The notes under the pieces: model-generated
The model's database searches: none
What the model saw: the letters and a program-made list of their open reading frames with translations, nothing else
What the model was told of the DNA's origin: nothing
Shown here: one piece after another, positions 19,336 through 30,367 of the stretch
Numbering within the stretch: position 1 is the first letter of the stretch
Layout: the number at the start of each line of letters is the position of its first letter
Virus record (IMG/VR): IMGVR_UViG_3300020411_003736
Coordinates: 1 to 64,000 of that record
Length of the DNA stretch: 64,000 nucleotides
Reading direction: 5' to 3' (one strand)
Origin: a virus
Position numbers and translations under genes: made by a program

Positions 19336-22320
19336 CTATTCCATTACCGGATCTTCATAACTCTCCGGCGTTATAGCATCTGAATCTCTGGTTGTTATTT
19401 CAGCATCTTGTGGTTCACTATCCTTTGGTTCTTCTCGTTCTAAATCAATATCGTCTGGTTCTAAATCAACATCTCCATCATCTAAATCAAAATCCATAGT
19501 TGTCTCATTTGAATCATCTTCTGGTACTGGTGGATCTTCCTCTTCACTTGCTATTTCAACTTTAAATCCCCTCGCTGTTAATAAATCTCTTTTACTTATT
19601 ATTTCAACTTTAGCTCTATCTTCTTCTGTCCTATCAACTTCAGGATCGTAAGTTGCACATATAAAAAACCACTCATCTAGATTATCAGTAGGTATTCTTG
19701 TATAGTTGAAAGCAAATTCATGTAATGCACCTCTCTGCCCCTGCTCCCCATATTCTGAAGAAGGGAAATAAACAGGAAGTGCGCTTTTTCTACCTGAAGC
19801 ACCCTCACCCCTTACCTGGCCCTGCGAACTATCAATTGGATTATAAAGTTTTTGTCTAGATTTTCTCTGTGTACTAAAATGGCTATCATAAAGTTTTCCA
19901 TATGTTCCATCATCATTAACTAATGAACCACTAACATATGGTTCTGTATCTGTGTGATCCCAAACCACAAGTCTTACAAACCTCTCATAATCGCTATATG
20001 CAAATGGTTCTGGATCCAACCAATCACCATTTGCAAATCTGCCTTGTGTGAAACCATTTATAGGTTCAGATAATTCTTCAAACTCAGTAAGATTATCAGT
20101 TTCAAAATCATGAGATGGTTTAGTAATCCAATTCGATGCGTTATATCGATATTTTGGTGTTCCATCGTCATTATAGTCACCAGTTTCCACCCTATATTGA
20201 TGTGGATAAAGTGGATATCTATCCTTTTTACTTACAGTAAATGTTTCTAATCTAAACCCATATCTACTTTGTACATCTTCTTTGTAGGGATTGCCATAAC
20301 TAAATAAAGTTCCATTTCCAGTCCTACCAACAAATCTAACCCACATTGTTATTGTAAACCCATCAGTTAAATAAGAATCATTCTTTTGAAAATCCATTTC
20401 ACCACCATCAGGATTTCTTATAATAATTGCTTGATTTGGTTTCCTTAACTTTAAAAAACCCTCTGATTTATTTTGGTATTCTGGTCTGATATCATCTATC
20501 TCATCCACTATATTATCAACATCTTTCAAATAAAGATTTAATGTATTTCGTAATGATTCTAGTGTTTTATTCTCATTAGCAATATTTGCCTGATTATCAA
20601 GTCTTGTAATTGGTGCATTTAAATCATCGGTTTCACTTATTCTAGATCCAGAATCAACGGCTAAATTCTGATTTGTAATGGAAGCATCGGCATCAAATGC
20701 TGGAATATTTCCTAAAAAATTATCTGATGTAAATTTTGTAAAAAGTTCATCAATTTCATTTTGTCTAGATCTCTGATATGGTAATAATTCAAATATATTA
20801 GTATCCAAATTTGATTGCGCTTTTCTTATATCTACTGTTTCCCCAAATTGATTTAAAAAATTTATATTCGGTATATTCGGAACATTTGTCCATTGTCCTT
20901 CTTCTTTGATGGCATAAATTTCCGTTATCTCTGGAATGTTTGTGTATATCACTTTATAAGCATAAGGCATGCCCATACCACCACTTTTGGTATATTGTAA
21001 ATTAGAAGATATTTGATTCTTAATTATGTCTAACAATTGACTTTCACTTTCCATAGAAGAAAAAGCTTCAAGGAAATCTGTGTAAATCCTTCTGACTATT
21101 CTCTCTATATCTTCACCAGATTGATTCAATACATTCCCATCTTTTTTCGTATAAACTAAAAGTTCATCATCACTTCTACCAACAGTCAATGCACCATCTC
21201 TTACTGTTTGTTGAAAACTCAATACATCTTCAGCTGATAATGTCTCATCATTTAATATTGAACCATACATTCCCTCATAAACTTTTTCTCTAATAAACCT
21301 CTTTATAGTTTTTTCATCTGGTATTATAGCCGCACCATCACTTCCAGTTGGATAAAAATCAACTTGCCCCCCAACATCTTCTATATCTGGTGAGACATAA
21401 AAATCAGGTGATTGTGGTTCTAATAAATCATCATCTTCCATAGGTAGGGTATCATCCACCACATTTGTCATATTTTGTTGGTTATCATCTTCCATACCAC
21501 TAGCTTCTAAGTCATCCATATTTACTGTATCATCTGTGATGTTATTTGTAAATGTAGGTGTATCAACATCATCACCTTGACCAGTTTCAGAATCTTCTGA
21601 AAATGATGGATGTGGCATTGTTGTTGTATTATTACCCCCAATATCTTCTTGTGTTTCCAAATTAGCAATAGTTGTTTTTATTTCACTCCAAGAAGCACAC
21701 CAATAATTACCTCTAACATCAGCCTTCCATTTTGAACAATAACTTCCAGCTTCTATAAAAAATTCACAATTATCGCATTTATTTTGAGTTGAAGCAAGTT
21801 GATATGCATTTGGTAGTGGTGGACTTTGTATAATTTCCCCATCACTATAATATAAACCTTCCACACCATCTATAGTAAATACTCCAGATTGTTTTTCTAT
21901 TAAACTTATTCCAGTCTCTTTATCTAATGGTGGATCGTTATCTCCTATAATAACCTCTTCAGCTATATTTGAAATTGTAGATGATTCTATTTCACTATCT
22001 GTTAATGTATCATACTTAAAAACACTCTTTGCACCATGATTATTTAAACCCATAATATTAGTTGTTAAAATAACTTCTCCAGTATTTGAATCATGGATTC
22101 TTATTTCAGCACCAACATCATATGGTGGTGGTGTATTTGGGTAAGTAAAAGAATTATCTACTAATGCTAATTTATTACCAACTGTATCAGCTGTTGCAAA
22201 ACCCTTATATGCCCCTACAGTATAATCGTATTTTTCTTTTGCTTTTAAATTAAAAATGTTTTCTAAGAAGATATCTATCGTACCATACCCACCCATAGAT
22301 CCTGTTTTATGATACGACAT
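19336..22320 (-). CDS. Virion protein with LamG-like domain and 4-Cys HiPIP-like insert
   Basis: GFTITMWVRF...EWFFICATYD (LamG-like); CDNC-x9-C-x11-WC cluster. Confidence 0.5.
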   Translation of the reverse strand: MSYHKTGSMGGYGTIDIFLENIFNLKAKEKYDYTVGAYKGFATADTVGNKLALVDNSFTYPNTPPPYDVGAEIRIHDSNTGEVILTTNIMGLNNHGAKSVFKYDTLTDSEIESSTISNIAEEVIIGDNDPPLDKETGISLIEKQSGVFTIDGVEGLYYSDGEIIQSPPLPNAYQLASTQNKCDNCEFFIEAGSYCSKWKADVRGNYWCASWSEIKTTIANLETQEDIGGNNTTTMPHPSFSEDSETGQGDDVDTPTFTNNITDDTVNMDDLEASGMEDDNQQNMTNVVDDTLPMEDDDLLEPQSPDFYVSPDIEDVGGQVDFYPTGSDGAAIIPDEKTIKRFIREKVYEGMYGSILNDETLSAEDVLSFQQTVRDGALTVGRSDDELLVYTKKDGNVLNQSGEDIERIVRRIYTDFLEAFSSMESESQLLDIIKNQISSNLQYTKSGGMGMPYAYKVIYTNIPEITEIYAIKEEGQWTNVPNIPNINFLNQFGETVDIRKAQSNLDTNIFELLPYQRSRQNEIDELFTKFTSDNFLGNIPAFDADASITNQNLAVDSGSRISETDDLNAPITRLDNQANIANENKTLESLRNTLNLYLKDVDNIVDEIDDIRPEYQNKSEGFLKLRKPNQAIIIRNPDGGEMDFQKNDSYLTDGFTITMWVRFVGRTGNGTLFSYGNPYKEDVQSRYGFRLETFTVSKKDRYPLYPHQYRVETGDYNDDGTPKYRYNASNWITKPSHDFETDNLTEFEELSEPINGFTQGRFANGDWLDPEPFAYSDYERFVRLVVWDHTDTEPYVSGSLVNDDGTYGKLYDSHFSTQRKSRQKLYNPIDSSQGQVRGEGASGRKSALPVYFPSSEYGEQGQRGALHEFAFNYTRIPTDNLDEWFFICATYDPEVDRTEEDRAKVEIISKRDLLTARGFKVEIASEEEDPPVPEDDSNETTMDFDLDDGDVDLEPDDIDLEREEPKDSEPQDAEITTRDSDAITPESYEDPVME

Positions 22321-22321
22321 A

Positions 22322-23440
22322 TTAAGTCCTCAAAATAAATTCAAAGTCATCATCAAATATAATTTCTTGATTATCATCATATGAAACTTTTATCAATATT
22401 TTATAAGACCTATTTGGTTCAAAGGTATTCAAATCCTGTTTAAAATAACTTGATACACTGTCACAACTCATTGTAGTATAAGCACTAAAAGGAACAACAT
22501 CCTCATTAGTTGCCATATCAATAATTGAGTAAGAACCAGAGCCTTCTGGTATGAAACTACCCGTAATAGTTTGTACAGATGTACTAAATGTTTTATCAAT
22601 ATATCTTTTTCTAGCTCCAAACCTAAACTTAACAACTTCACTTTCTTTATATGATTCCCTATGATGTAATTTATATAAATAATTTTCCGTATTGCCAGAT
22701 AAATCTAATGAAGTTAAACTACCTGTATTTGAACCAGTAGCAGGTAAATGGTCATCCCATTTTATCTCTAACTTAGGTGAATAGATTGTGTTGGTTTGTC
22801 TCGAAAAGAATTTCAAATCCTCGAAACTTCCACTATGCGTTTCATATGTTGTATTTGGTTCTATTGTACTACCCGATAATGTTAATAAGAAACCATAATT
22901 TTTATTTGTCCCATCCAACCATTTCTTTACAATTGATGTAACATTCATATTAATATCAGGTGACTCTGAACTAAAAGATTGTGATACTTTATCACCAGTA
23001 ATATAAGTTGTTCCAGCATTTGTCCAATCTATCTCCTTTGCTCCAGATTTATTTTTTCTATACAACCAACTAACACCATTAGTTGTTTTTGGTTCATCTG
23101 ATTCTTTTCCGACACCTTCATCCCAAGACTCACTAATAGGATAAGCAGCAATTTTGTATTCTTCCGACAAACCACTTGTCCCCTTTGTCTCATAAAGTCT
23201 AAGTGAAGCACTATATTGATTTGAAGATATGTTATTTGCAGATAAAAATGTTTGGACTTCGTTAATGTCGAACTGAATTAAAGATCTGGTATGATATTTA
23301 TATGTTCTATCACTAAAAACTTTTTTTATCTCCAATACTTCATCCTGCCCAACATTTTTATCTTTGTATGTTTCCCCATCAATTAAACTTGAACCACTAT
23401 TTATTGTAGCATCTTTTGTTGCAAAAAAGTATCTGTGCAT
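22322..23440 (-). CDS. Virion structural protein (DNRLRE/CBM96-like beta domain)
   Basis: KDATI...RSLIQFD...ASLRLY..SWDEG..NYGFLL..PKLEIKW pattern. Confidence 0.55.
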   Translation of the reverse strand: MHRYFFATKDATINSGSSLIDGETYKDKNVGQDEVLEIKKVFSDRTYKYHTRSLIQFDINEVQTFLSANNISSNQYSASLRLYETKGTSGLSEEYKIAAYPISESWDEGVGKESDEPKTTNGVSWLYRKNKSGAKEIDWTNAGTTYITGDKVSQSFSSESPDINMNVTSIVKKWLDGTNKNYGFLLTLSGSTIEPNTTYETHSGSFEDLKFFSRQTNTIYSPKLEIKWDDHLPATGSNTGSLTSLDLSGNTENYLYKLHHRESYKESEVVKFRFGARKRYIDKTFSTSVQTITGSFIPEGSGSYSIIDMATNEDVVPFSAYTTMSCDSVSSYFKQDLNTFEPNRSYKILIKVSYDDNQEIIFDDDFEFILRT

Positions 23441-23441
23441 G

Positions 23442-25364
23442 TTATCTCACCTTACCTATGATATCTATATTTGGATTTCGTATTTCAAATACTGCTGGTG
23501 TTACTGATGGTCTTAGTATCTTATTAGCTACTGCCTCATTGGTTTCGTCATTATTATCGTCAGCAAATGGATAATAAAATCCATACCCAACGCTTCCATT
23601 TGTTACAGCATTACCATCTTTATCCAAATTGTATAATAAACGGTTATCTGCAAATTGATTCACTAATGATAATTTAGATATCCCAATAACACCATCCAAC
23701 CCAATAATATTATACTCTAAATCGTTTAAATTTATAGTTTGTTTAAACTGCATTTTATTAATATCAAAGAATTTTTTTATCTCATCTATCACTTCCACCT
23801 TAACTTGTTTAGGATCAAATCTCCTATCATAGTTAACATCAAACTCAACTCCAAAATTTATATAATGACCAGAAATATTTCCCCCACTTAAACCTATACC
23901 AAAATCTATATTATCATTTATCATTTTAAATTTTTCTAAATATCTTTGTAAATTTTTTAATACTGAAAATGGTGTTTGTACTAATTGTTTATTTTTGTTA
24001 TATGATAAAGTTCTAACTAAAAGAGTTTGTCCACCACTTCCCCTTTCAACATAAGCTTTAGCCACATTACCAAACTTTGCAGGCATATTCATTATTCTTG
24101 CCTGATAATCTTCCTTCGTCACACACCTATGTTGTGATGAAAACATTGATTTAGCATTTTCTCGTATTTCATCTTCACTAAATCCATCCGAACCACCAAC
24201 AGCTGGAATTTCATTTGTTACAGTAACCCCATCAGTAGTATCAACAACCTCAGTTAATTCACCTGATTGTGCATTGGAAAGTGAACCACCACCAACTCTA
24301 TATGATACAGTTAAAATTGTATTGGCTGGTGTCTCACCCAAATTTACAGTATTATTTTGTACCAAATTATCTAAAGCAGAATTTATATTTGATAATGGTA
24401 CACCAGCAACATTTATTCCTTGTTGTTGTATTATAGAATCAAATGAACCAGCAGAACCAGATACACTATATTTATATAAACCATTTCCAAATTGTAACTT
24501 AGTATTATTAGTATCAACATCTACCTTTCTAACAAATTTTTTGTTAGTTTTTATATATTCCAAAGTATATGGTACAGCAACATCAACTTCCCCATCTGGT
24601 ATTATTTGGTTTTGATTACTATTTTTACTATAATGTGTTTCTTTTAATAATTTGTTTTGTGCTAAATAATCTACTTCATACCACTTTTGTCCTGAACTAT
24701 CTATTACATTCAGTATTTCTATCACATTACTTTCACCCAAATCCAATTCCAAAAATTTAGTTGGGCTAGTTATGTTAAAAGTTTTAGTCTTTGTTTCACC
24801 AGAAATCGCATTTATGGTATGTGTAATGTTATATTTGGTGGCAATACCATTTGCATCTTGTGCCGATACCTCTACAGTTGGTTGTGGATATGAACCAGTA
24901 TTTTGGAAATCAACATAATCCAATGTTTCAAATATCAATTCACTATCAGCTGATGATTTTATTTGGAAGCCTGGTTCTAATAAAGTAGTTGTTTTAGTTG
25001 GTTTAGAAGTATCATTGGTATCAGCATCAACTTCTTTTGTTATTTTCAATTCAACCATAGCTGGGGAAACATCATTATATTTGTAACCTAAGAATTCAGC
25101 TAGATTTAAAATGTTTCTTTTTTCTGTCGCTGTAGATAATAAACTTTCCTTGTATTGATAATCTATATAATAACTTAAAACATCACCAACATAACTTGAA
25201 AGTTCAATCATCATCATACCAGGAGAAGTTTCATTAAAATCCCTATAGGTATCTGGAAAATATGTTTTAGTATAATTTATCAAATCCTCTTTTATTGATG
25301 AAAAATCTTTTGAGGTGTATTTGATATTCGTTGGTTGAAATTTATTATCGTTTGTGTAAGCCAT
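23442..25364 (-). CDS. Baseplate wedge subunit (T4 gp6 / baseplate J-like)
   Basis: KDFSSIKEDLINYTKTYFPDTYRDFNETSPGMMMIEL; QHRCVTKEDY. Confidence 0.85.
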   Translation of the reverse strand: MAYTNDNKFQPTNIKYTSKDFSSIKEDLINYTKTYFPDTYRDFNETSPGMMMIELSSYVGDVLSYYIDYQYKESLLSTATEKRNILNLAEFLGYKYNDVSPAMVELKITKEVDADTNDTSKPTKTTTLLEPGFQIKSSADSELIFETLDYVDFQNTGSYPQPTVEVSAQDANGIATKYNITHTINAISGETKTKTFNITSPTKFLELDLGESNVIEILNVIDSSGQKWYEVDYLAQNKLLKETHYSKNSNQNQIIPDGEVDVAVPYTLEYIKTNKKFVRKVDVDTNNTKLQFGNGLYKYSVSGSAGSFDSIIQQQGINVAGVPLSNINSALDNLVQNNTVNLGETPANTILTVSYRVGGGSLSNAQSGELTEVVDTTDGVTVTNEIPAVGGSDGFSEDEIRENAKSMFSSQHRCVTKEDYQARIMNMPAKFGNVAKAYVERGSGGQTLLVRTLSYNKNKQLVQTPFSVLKNLQRYLEKFKMINDNIDFGIGLSGGNISGHYINFGVEFDVNYDRRFDPKQVKVEVIDEIKKFFDINKMQFKQTINLNDLEYNIIGLDGVIGISKLSLVNQFADNRLLYNLDKDGNAVTNGSVGYGFYYPFADDNNDETNEAVANKILRPSVTPAVFEIRNPNIDIIGKVR

Positions 25365-25373
25365 TATTATTCT

Positions 25374-25892
25374 CTATAAGGGTGAATCAGGTATTGTACC
25401 AACAGTATCAGTAATTGGCGAAATGGTTAAATCTGAATCAGATACAAATTTGTTGAAATTCAAATCAACAGTTTCGAAATCACTACTCGCCGTAGAAAGA
25501 GATGCTGGAGATTTATTAATATTAAATCCCAATTTAACATTCAATTGATTAGAACTATCAACCATTTCGATGCTAGTAAGTTCGACAAATGGCATCCACA
25601 TCTCTAAAGCTTCTACAATAATATTTTCTATTTGAATTTGATGTTCATCATTTAATGGTTCGAATAAAAATTCTTTTATAGATATACCTAAATTTGGTTG
25701 AAAAACTCTTTCACCTTTATTGGTATTCAATAACATTTTAATATTATTCTTTATAGATTCTATTGTAGTTTTCGATGATTCAAAATACCCATCTCCACCT
25801 GTTTTATTTGAGAATGGTAATTTGATCCCAACGCTTATTCTAGAATCTTTATCTTCAATAAATTGATTTGTTCTTCTATCTAATATTGCCAT
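25374..25892 (-). CDS. Baseplate protein, gp25-like
   Basis: IKNNIKMLLNTNKGERVFQPNLG..LFEP. Confidence 0.85.
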   Translation of the reverse strand: MAILDRRTNQFIEDKDSRISVGIKLPFSNKTGGDGYFESSKTTIESIKNNIKMLLNTNKGERVFQPNLGISIKEFLFEPLNDEHQIQIENIIVEALEMWMPFVELTSIEMVDSSNQLNVKLGFNINKSPASLSTASSDFETVDLNFNKFVSDSDLTISPITDTVGTIPDSPL

Positions 25893-26227
25893 TATGGTAG
25901 TATCTCTTCAGGTTTTACAAATTCAGCTTTAACCTTTGTTACATATGTGTTTAAAGGTTCTAATGGAAGTCCCGTCATACCTTTTCCCTCTCTACTCAAA
26001 CTAGCAACACCCGGCCCCATAGCTGTCATAACTGGAGCGTTCATTTCAGTAATAACAAATTCTTGCCGAGCGACATATTCTGTAATCGCTTTGGTTAAAT
26101 CAAATGCCAACTTATCAAGCTTACCACCCTTACCAAGCTCATCCGCAGGATTAACCAACTCACCATCAGCATCGGTATATGTTAAGTTTTCAGCTATAGC
26201 ATTATATATATCCGTTCTCAATCCCAT
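25892..26227 (-). CDS. Hypothetical virion protein
   Basis: ORF packed within the baseplate operon. Confidence 0.5.
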   Translation of the reverse strand: MGLRTDIYNAIAENLTYTDADGELVNPADELGKGGKLDKLAFDLTKAITEYVARQEFVITEMNAPVMTAMGPGVASLSREGKGMTGLPLEPLNTYVTKVKAEFVKPEEILP

Positions 26228-26229
26228 TA

Positions 26230-26646
26230 TTAAATTCCATTTTTCATTTTAGATTTTTCATCAGCTTTTTTTATTATCTGTGAATAATCTTTATTAAAAG
26301 CATCAGCTAAATGATCTGGTAAATTAGTAGTCTCTTTAGCAGATTTAGTATCCATAGGTCTATCCATATCTTTCCATTCACCACTTTGCGCTGTTTCTGC
26401 TAAAATATCATTCAATATCTGATTCTTTGTGTTAATAGGACCTTTAGGTATACCACGAACGCGAGTTGAATCTAATTTTTTCTGTAACTTATTATAGACA
26501 TCCTCTTTAGGCGCCTCTTCATATATCTTAGTTACCTTGTTCTTAACTATAGCTTCTTGTATATTATTTTCAAGTCGTTTCAAAGAAAAATCTAATTCTT
26601 CTCTTATTACTTCCCTAATTAATCTCTTAAATATATCAACCTTCAT
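26230..26646 (-). CDS. Hypothetical virion/head-associated protein
   Basis: N-terminal FKRLIREVIREE, a motif typical of large-phage virion proteins. Confidence 0.5.
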   Translation of the reverse strand: MKVDIFKRLIREVIREELDFSLKRLENNIQEAIVKNKVTKIYEEAPKEDVYNKLQKKLDSTRVRGIPKGPINTKNQILNDILAETAQSGEWKDMDRPMDTKSAKETTNLPDHLADAFNKDYSQIIKKADEKSKMKNGI

Positions 26647-26654
26647 TTCAACTC

Positions 26655-28025
26655 CTATGTTGTTCTGTTTGTATTTTCTAAATTTGGTTCAATAAAATGA
26701 TGATGGCTCCAGTAAGAAGGACCTGTTATTCTATCACCTTCTGGAATACCTTCATTGTAATTCTTTTCAAATTGCACATCAAGTTTTTTAATAATTTCAT
26801 TTATTTTTGGTAAGAGTACAGCACCTCCAGAATCAACTAAAGGTACAGGTACTCCTTGAACTAAAGCATGTGCACTTTGTATGATATCCATAATATCCTT
26901 CAGTAAATTATTTAATTCATTACCCAACACCATAGGTTGAGTTCTTTTTTTAGCTTCCTCTCCTAAATAAATATTCTTTGACTGAATAACTGTAAACCCT
27001 TTGTTTGTTAAAGTAAAATTCTTTCCAGCACCAATATTTATATTTTTCATTGATGATAATGTAAGATGACCATCACCATATGCATCAAAAACAATTCTTT
27101 CAGATGTTATAAATATCTGATGTTTTGGTTCATATTCTATATCATTTCTATTCTCAGGTGGAATTCTTTTTAATGTGGGTCCATAATCATAATCAAATCC
27201 CCTCTCATCATTTAAATCATCATTACCCATACCTATTTTCCATTTCTGCATATAATCTTCTGTTGGTGGATTATCATTATCACAAGATAACATAAAGGTA
27301 TTTAAAATTGTTTCATCATTTCTTTTACTGGGTGTTTCTGTGTCAAAGTGGTCATCAATACCACCAAGTGATGACATAAAAATTGTTGAACCGACATATG
27401 TTTGATTTGTATTACTACCATTATTAATACTAATCAATGGTGATACATTTCTGTTTCCTATTCTTATGTGGTTGTTATATCTACCTTCAATTATTAAATC
27501 ACTAACTCTTGATTCATAATCAACTAATGAACCATCAAACTCAGCTGTTTTTTGATTAGGGTCGTCTAAGTCTTTATTAGTTTTACTTTCTACTTTGGGA
27601 ATTGATACTCTTGGAACTAATTTATTATAACCATCTGAATCTTTCATATCATCAAGTTCATCATTCATATAAACATGATCAGCTGAATAGTTAGGATTAT
27701 TATTTGTATTTACAGGACCAATATAAAATGATTTATCATCTACATTACAATATAAAATCAAATCACCATGAGTAATAGCATCTGAGAATCCTCTAAACAT
27801 AGGTATTCCCAATTTCTTTCGTTTTCTTCTATTGGATTTTGATGATTTGGAATATGGTGAGAATTCTACTACTTGTGATGCATAAGTAAAAGTCTTTTCA
27901 TAACTTTTATTATAAGAACTTAAATCAAAACTATCATTAAAGACTCTTTCCACATGTCCCAATTTAAATTTTATTCCCGAAGATAAAATGCTATCAGGTA
28001 TAAATGCTCCAAATCTATTAGACAT
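26655..28025 (-). CDS. Baseplate hub/spike-associated protein (gp5-like)
   Basis: DLIIEGRYNNHIRIG, IFITSERIVF, IYLG..QPMVLGNEL; lies next to gp25/gp6. Confidence 0.55.
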   Translation of the reverse strand: MSNRFGAFIPDSILSSGIKFKLGHVERVFNDSFDLSSYNKSYEKTFTYASQVVEFSPYSKSSKSNRRKRKKLGIPMFRGFSDAITHGDLILYCNVDDKSFYIGPVNTNNNPNYSADHVYMNDELDDMKDSDGYNKLVPRVSIPKVESKTNKDLDDPNQKTAEFDGSLVDYESRVSDLIIEGRYNNHIRIGNRNVSPLISINNGSNTNQTYVGSTIFMSSLGGIDDHFDTETPSKRNDETILNTFMLSCDNDNPPTEDYMQKWKIGMGNDDLNDERGFDYDYGPTLKRIPPENRNDIEYEPKHQIFITSERIVFDAYGDGHLTLSSMKNINIGAGKNFTLTNKGFTVIQSKNIYLGEEAKKRTQPMVLGNELNNLLKDIMDIIQSAHALVQGVPVPLVDSGGAVLLPKINEIIKKLDVQFEKNYNEGIPEGDRITGPSYWSHHHFIEPNLENTNRTT

Positions 28026-28026
28026 A

Positions 28027-28410
28027 TTAATTAACCGATTTACTTATTGATGATTGTTTATCTACCCTTTTGTTTAAATCGTTAGCAACTTCTTCTAAAC
28101 TAGCCATCAACTCTTCCTTCTCTTCCTCACTTAATAGTGAAACATCACTATCATCAATTGGCTGTTTTGACATAATTCTTTGATATATGGTTGCTAACTT
28201 AACTAAATTATCATCATTCTTAATACCAGCTTCCATCAATTCTTTTATGATAGGACCAACTACAGCAATATCTTCAATTCCTTGTATATAGCCATGCACC
28301 TCTTGAATTAAAAGCTCTATTTGAGTTTTCTTTACTTTGGAATTCTCATATATCTCTTCTGATAAATCAGAGAATTTTTTGTTGCCGAATATTTTAAAAT
28401 CTTTTTCCAT
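28027..28410 (-). CDS. Conserved phage hypothetical protein
   Basis: Intact ORF with late-type promoter motif upstream. Confidence 0.55.
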   Translation of the reverse strand: MEKDFKIFGNKKFSDLSEEIYENSKVKKTQIELLIQEVHGYIQGIEDIAVVGPIIKELMEAGIKNDDNLVKLATIYQRIMSKQPIDDSDVSLLSEEEKEELMASLEEVANDLNKRVDKQSSISKSVN

Positions 28411-28445
28411 ATCATTCTAATAATAAATATAGAATGAAAGAAAAC

Positions 28446-29180
28446 TTATCCTATAGAACCCGTTGTTGACATTAAATCTTCTATATGTCCCTTTTCCAAA
28501 ACTTCTTTTTGAATTTTAGGATATATTGATCTAAATATATTTGATACTTGAGTTATTTTGGATGTCTTAACATCTGTCATTTCCCTTATCATAATATACA
28601 AAGCCTTTTTATTATAATTGTCAATACTATCTTTATTTTTACACAAATATAAAATAGATTCAGCTACATGTCTATCATTTTCTGAGGGGAATAGTTCTTC
28701 CAATTTTGTATCAAAATAACTTATGGTTTTATCGAAAATATCATTGGTTGGTGATGGATTTAAATTATTATCAAAATCAGCTTTAGTGGATAATACAGTT
28801 AAATCATCATGTGTTTTAAGTTTTTTATAATTAGCATTATTATTGAGAATTAAATAATTTTTTGCTATAATAGAAAAATAACTAAACGCTTTAGATCCTC
28901 TTGTCTCATCATACTTATGCATGTTTATGAGTAGATTAGATACAACTTCTTCTTGCAAATCTCTGAATCCGTAATCAAAATAACTAAACTTAAATGTATT
29001 GATTATGTTTTCAGCCAACTTCATAAATGCTGGATGAATTGTTTCGGTATATATTTTATGTTTAAATTCTGTATCTTCAGAATGATTATATTCTATAATA
29101 GCTTCTTGTACAGGTAATCCGAAATATATTTTACTTTTTTTCTTTCTTTTTACTGGTGCTTTTTTCATCAACAACCTCAT
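28446..29180 (-). CDS. Phage sigma-factor-like protein (possible late sigma)
   Basis: DLQEEVV..LL..MHKYDETRGSKAFSYFSIIAKN resembles sigma region 2 (FDPxRG..FxxY) and T4 gp55-like proteins. Confidence 0.6.
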   Translation of the reverse strand: MRLLMKKAPVKRKKKSKIYFGLPVQEAIIEYNHSEDTEFKHKIYTETIHPAFMKLAENIINTFKFSYFDYGFRDLQEEVVSNLLINMHKYDETRGSKAFSYFSIIAKNYLILNNNANYKKLKTHDDLTVLSTKADFDNNLNPSPTNDIFDKTISYFDTKLEELFPSENDRHVAESILYLCKNKDSIDNYNKKALYIMIREMTDVKTSKITQVSNIFRSIYPKIQKEVLEKGHIEDLMSTTGSIG

Positions 29181-29436
29181 CTAATGGTTCAAAAAGTTCT
29201 TCTAAATTAGAACTTAATAATTTTATTTCCTCAAAAAAGAAACCGACTTCATCATCGGCTTCAAAATGACCTTTATCATCTATTAGTTTTAGTTGTTGTT
29301 TTATGTATTCTATTCTATTATTAATGTTTAGTATTATCGATTCATATTGATTAATTCTTTTTATGGTATAATAACTTAACAACCCAAAAAAGGATGTAAG
29401 TATACCAAGTAAAATAAAAAGTGTTGTTTCTAACAA
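29131..29436 (-). CDS. Membrane-anchored hypothetical protein
   Basis: N-terminal TM helix, then DDEVGFFF motif. Confidence 0.55.
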   Translation of the reverse strand: MLETTLFILLGILTSFFGLLSYYTIKRINQYESIILNINNRIEYIKQQLKLIDDKGHFEADDEVGFFFEEIKLLSSNLEELFEPLDEVVDEKSTSKKKEKK

Positions 29437-29757
29437 TTAAGACTCACCAACTATTGTATCTAAAAAATCAATATCGAATTCTTCTTCAAAATCTTTTGAG
29501 TTTTCTTCTTTCATATGTAAACTATTTAGTGTAGTCAAGACTTGAAGATGTTTTTTTTCTATTTCATCAATCTTAGGGTGTTCCCCCACTATCTCAATTA
29601 ACAATGTATCAAGCTCTTGATTTATATCTTTCAATTCATTTTTAACTGTAACTAATGCTTCAGAAATTCTTTTATTTTCCTTTTCATTTTTTTCAATGCG
29701 TGTGATTACAGCATCTAATAAGATTTTGATGTCTTTATTTGAAGGATCCATTCTCAT
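29437..29757 (-). CDS. Hypothetical coiled-coil protein
   Basis: ORF track; ends IVGES. Confidence 0.5.
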   Translation of the reverse strand: MRMDPSNKDIKILLDAVITRIEKNEKENKRISEALVTVKNELKDINQELDTLLIEIVGEHPKIDEIEKKHLQVLTTLNSLHMKEENSKDFEEEFDIDFLDTIVGES

Positions 29758-29768
29758 ATATAAATATC

Positions 29769-30131
29769 CTAATTCAGTGATTTTTTACATAAATTTTTAT
29801 CCCTCTTAGCTATATCTTCTGCTTGTACTTCATATGGATGTGTGTTATATTCATACCCCATATTGTAATATCTTTCCATCCATGTCGGTGATTGCAAATA
29901 ATGTTGATATTCGTGAATTATAGTTTCAATCAATTCATCATAAGTATTAATATGTTTTGGATATATAATTAAAGAATTATCATCTGCGATATATTCCCCC
30001 ATCATACCCAAATCATCTTCACTAAAATCCAACCATGGTACATCATCATGGTGTTTAGAAAAACCATATGTATCTAAACACCAATCTAATGCCCGTTCAG
30101 CATCATCTAAACCTGTTTCCCAACAAATCAA
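29769..30131 (-). CDS. Zincin-like metallopeptidase
   Basis: IIHEYQHYLQ (HExxH) and PYEVQA. Confidence 0.65.
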   Translation of the reverse strand: MICWETGLDDAERALDWCLDTYGFSKHHDDVPWLDFSEDDLGMMGEYIADDNSLIIYPKHINTYDELIETIIHEYQHYLQSPTWMERYYNMGYEYNTHPYEVQAEDIAKRDKNLCKKSLN

Positions 30132-30367
30132 TATATGTCCATCCCCGCGTCGCTAAGAGTTTCAATTTCTTCTCTACCATCACAATCTGAATAATCATCT
30201 ACCCCAACATCTTCAAGTTCATCTTGATTATAATATTCTAAATTAACCCTTTTATTTTTTGGGTAATTGGGATCATCTTTCATAGTTTTGTTATCAAGTG
30301 ATTTCATTCGTTTCTCATCTTCTTCATCCAACATAAATTGTGATAAGTCTATCTTTTTATTTTTCAT
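30128..30367 (-). CDS. Hypothetical acidic protein
   Basis: ORF with AAGGA RBS. Confidence 0.5.
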   Translation of the reverse strand: MKNKKIDLSQFMLDEEDEKRMKSLDNKTMKDDPNYPKNKRVNLEYYNQDELEDVGVDDYSDCDGREEIETLSDAGMDIY

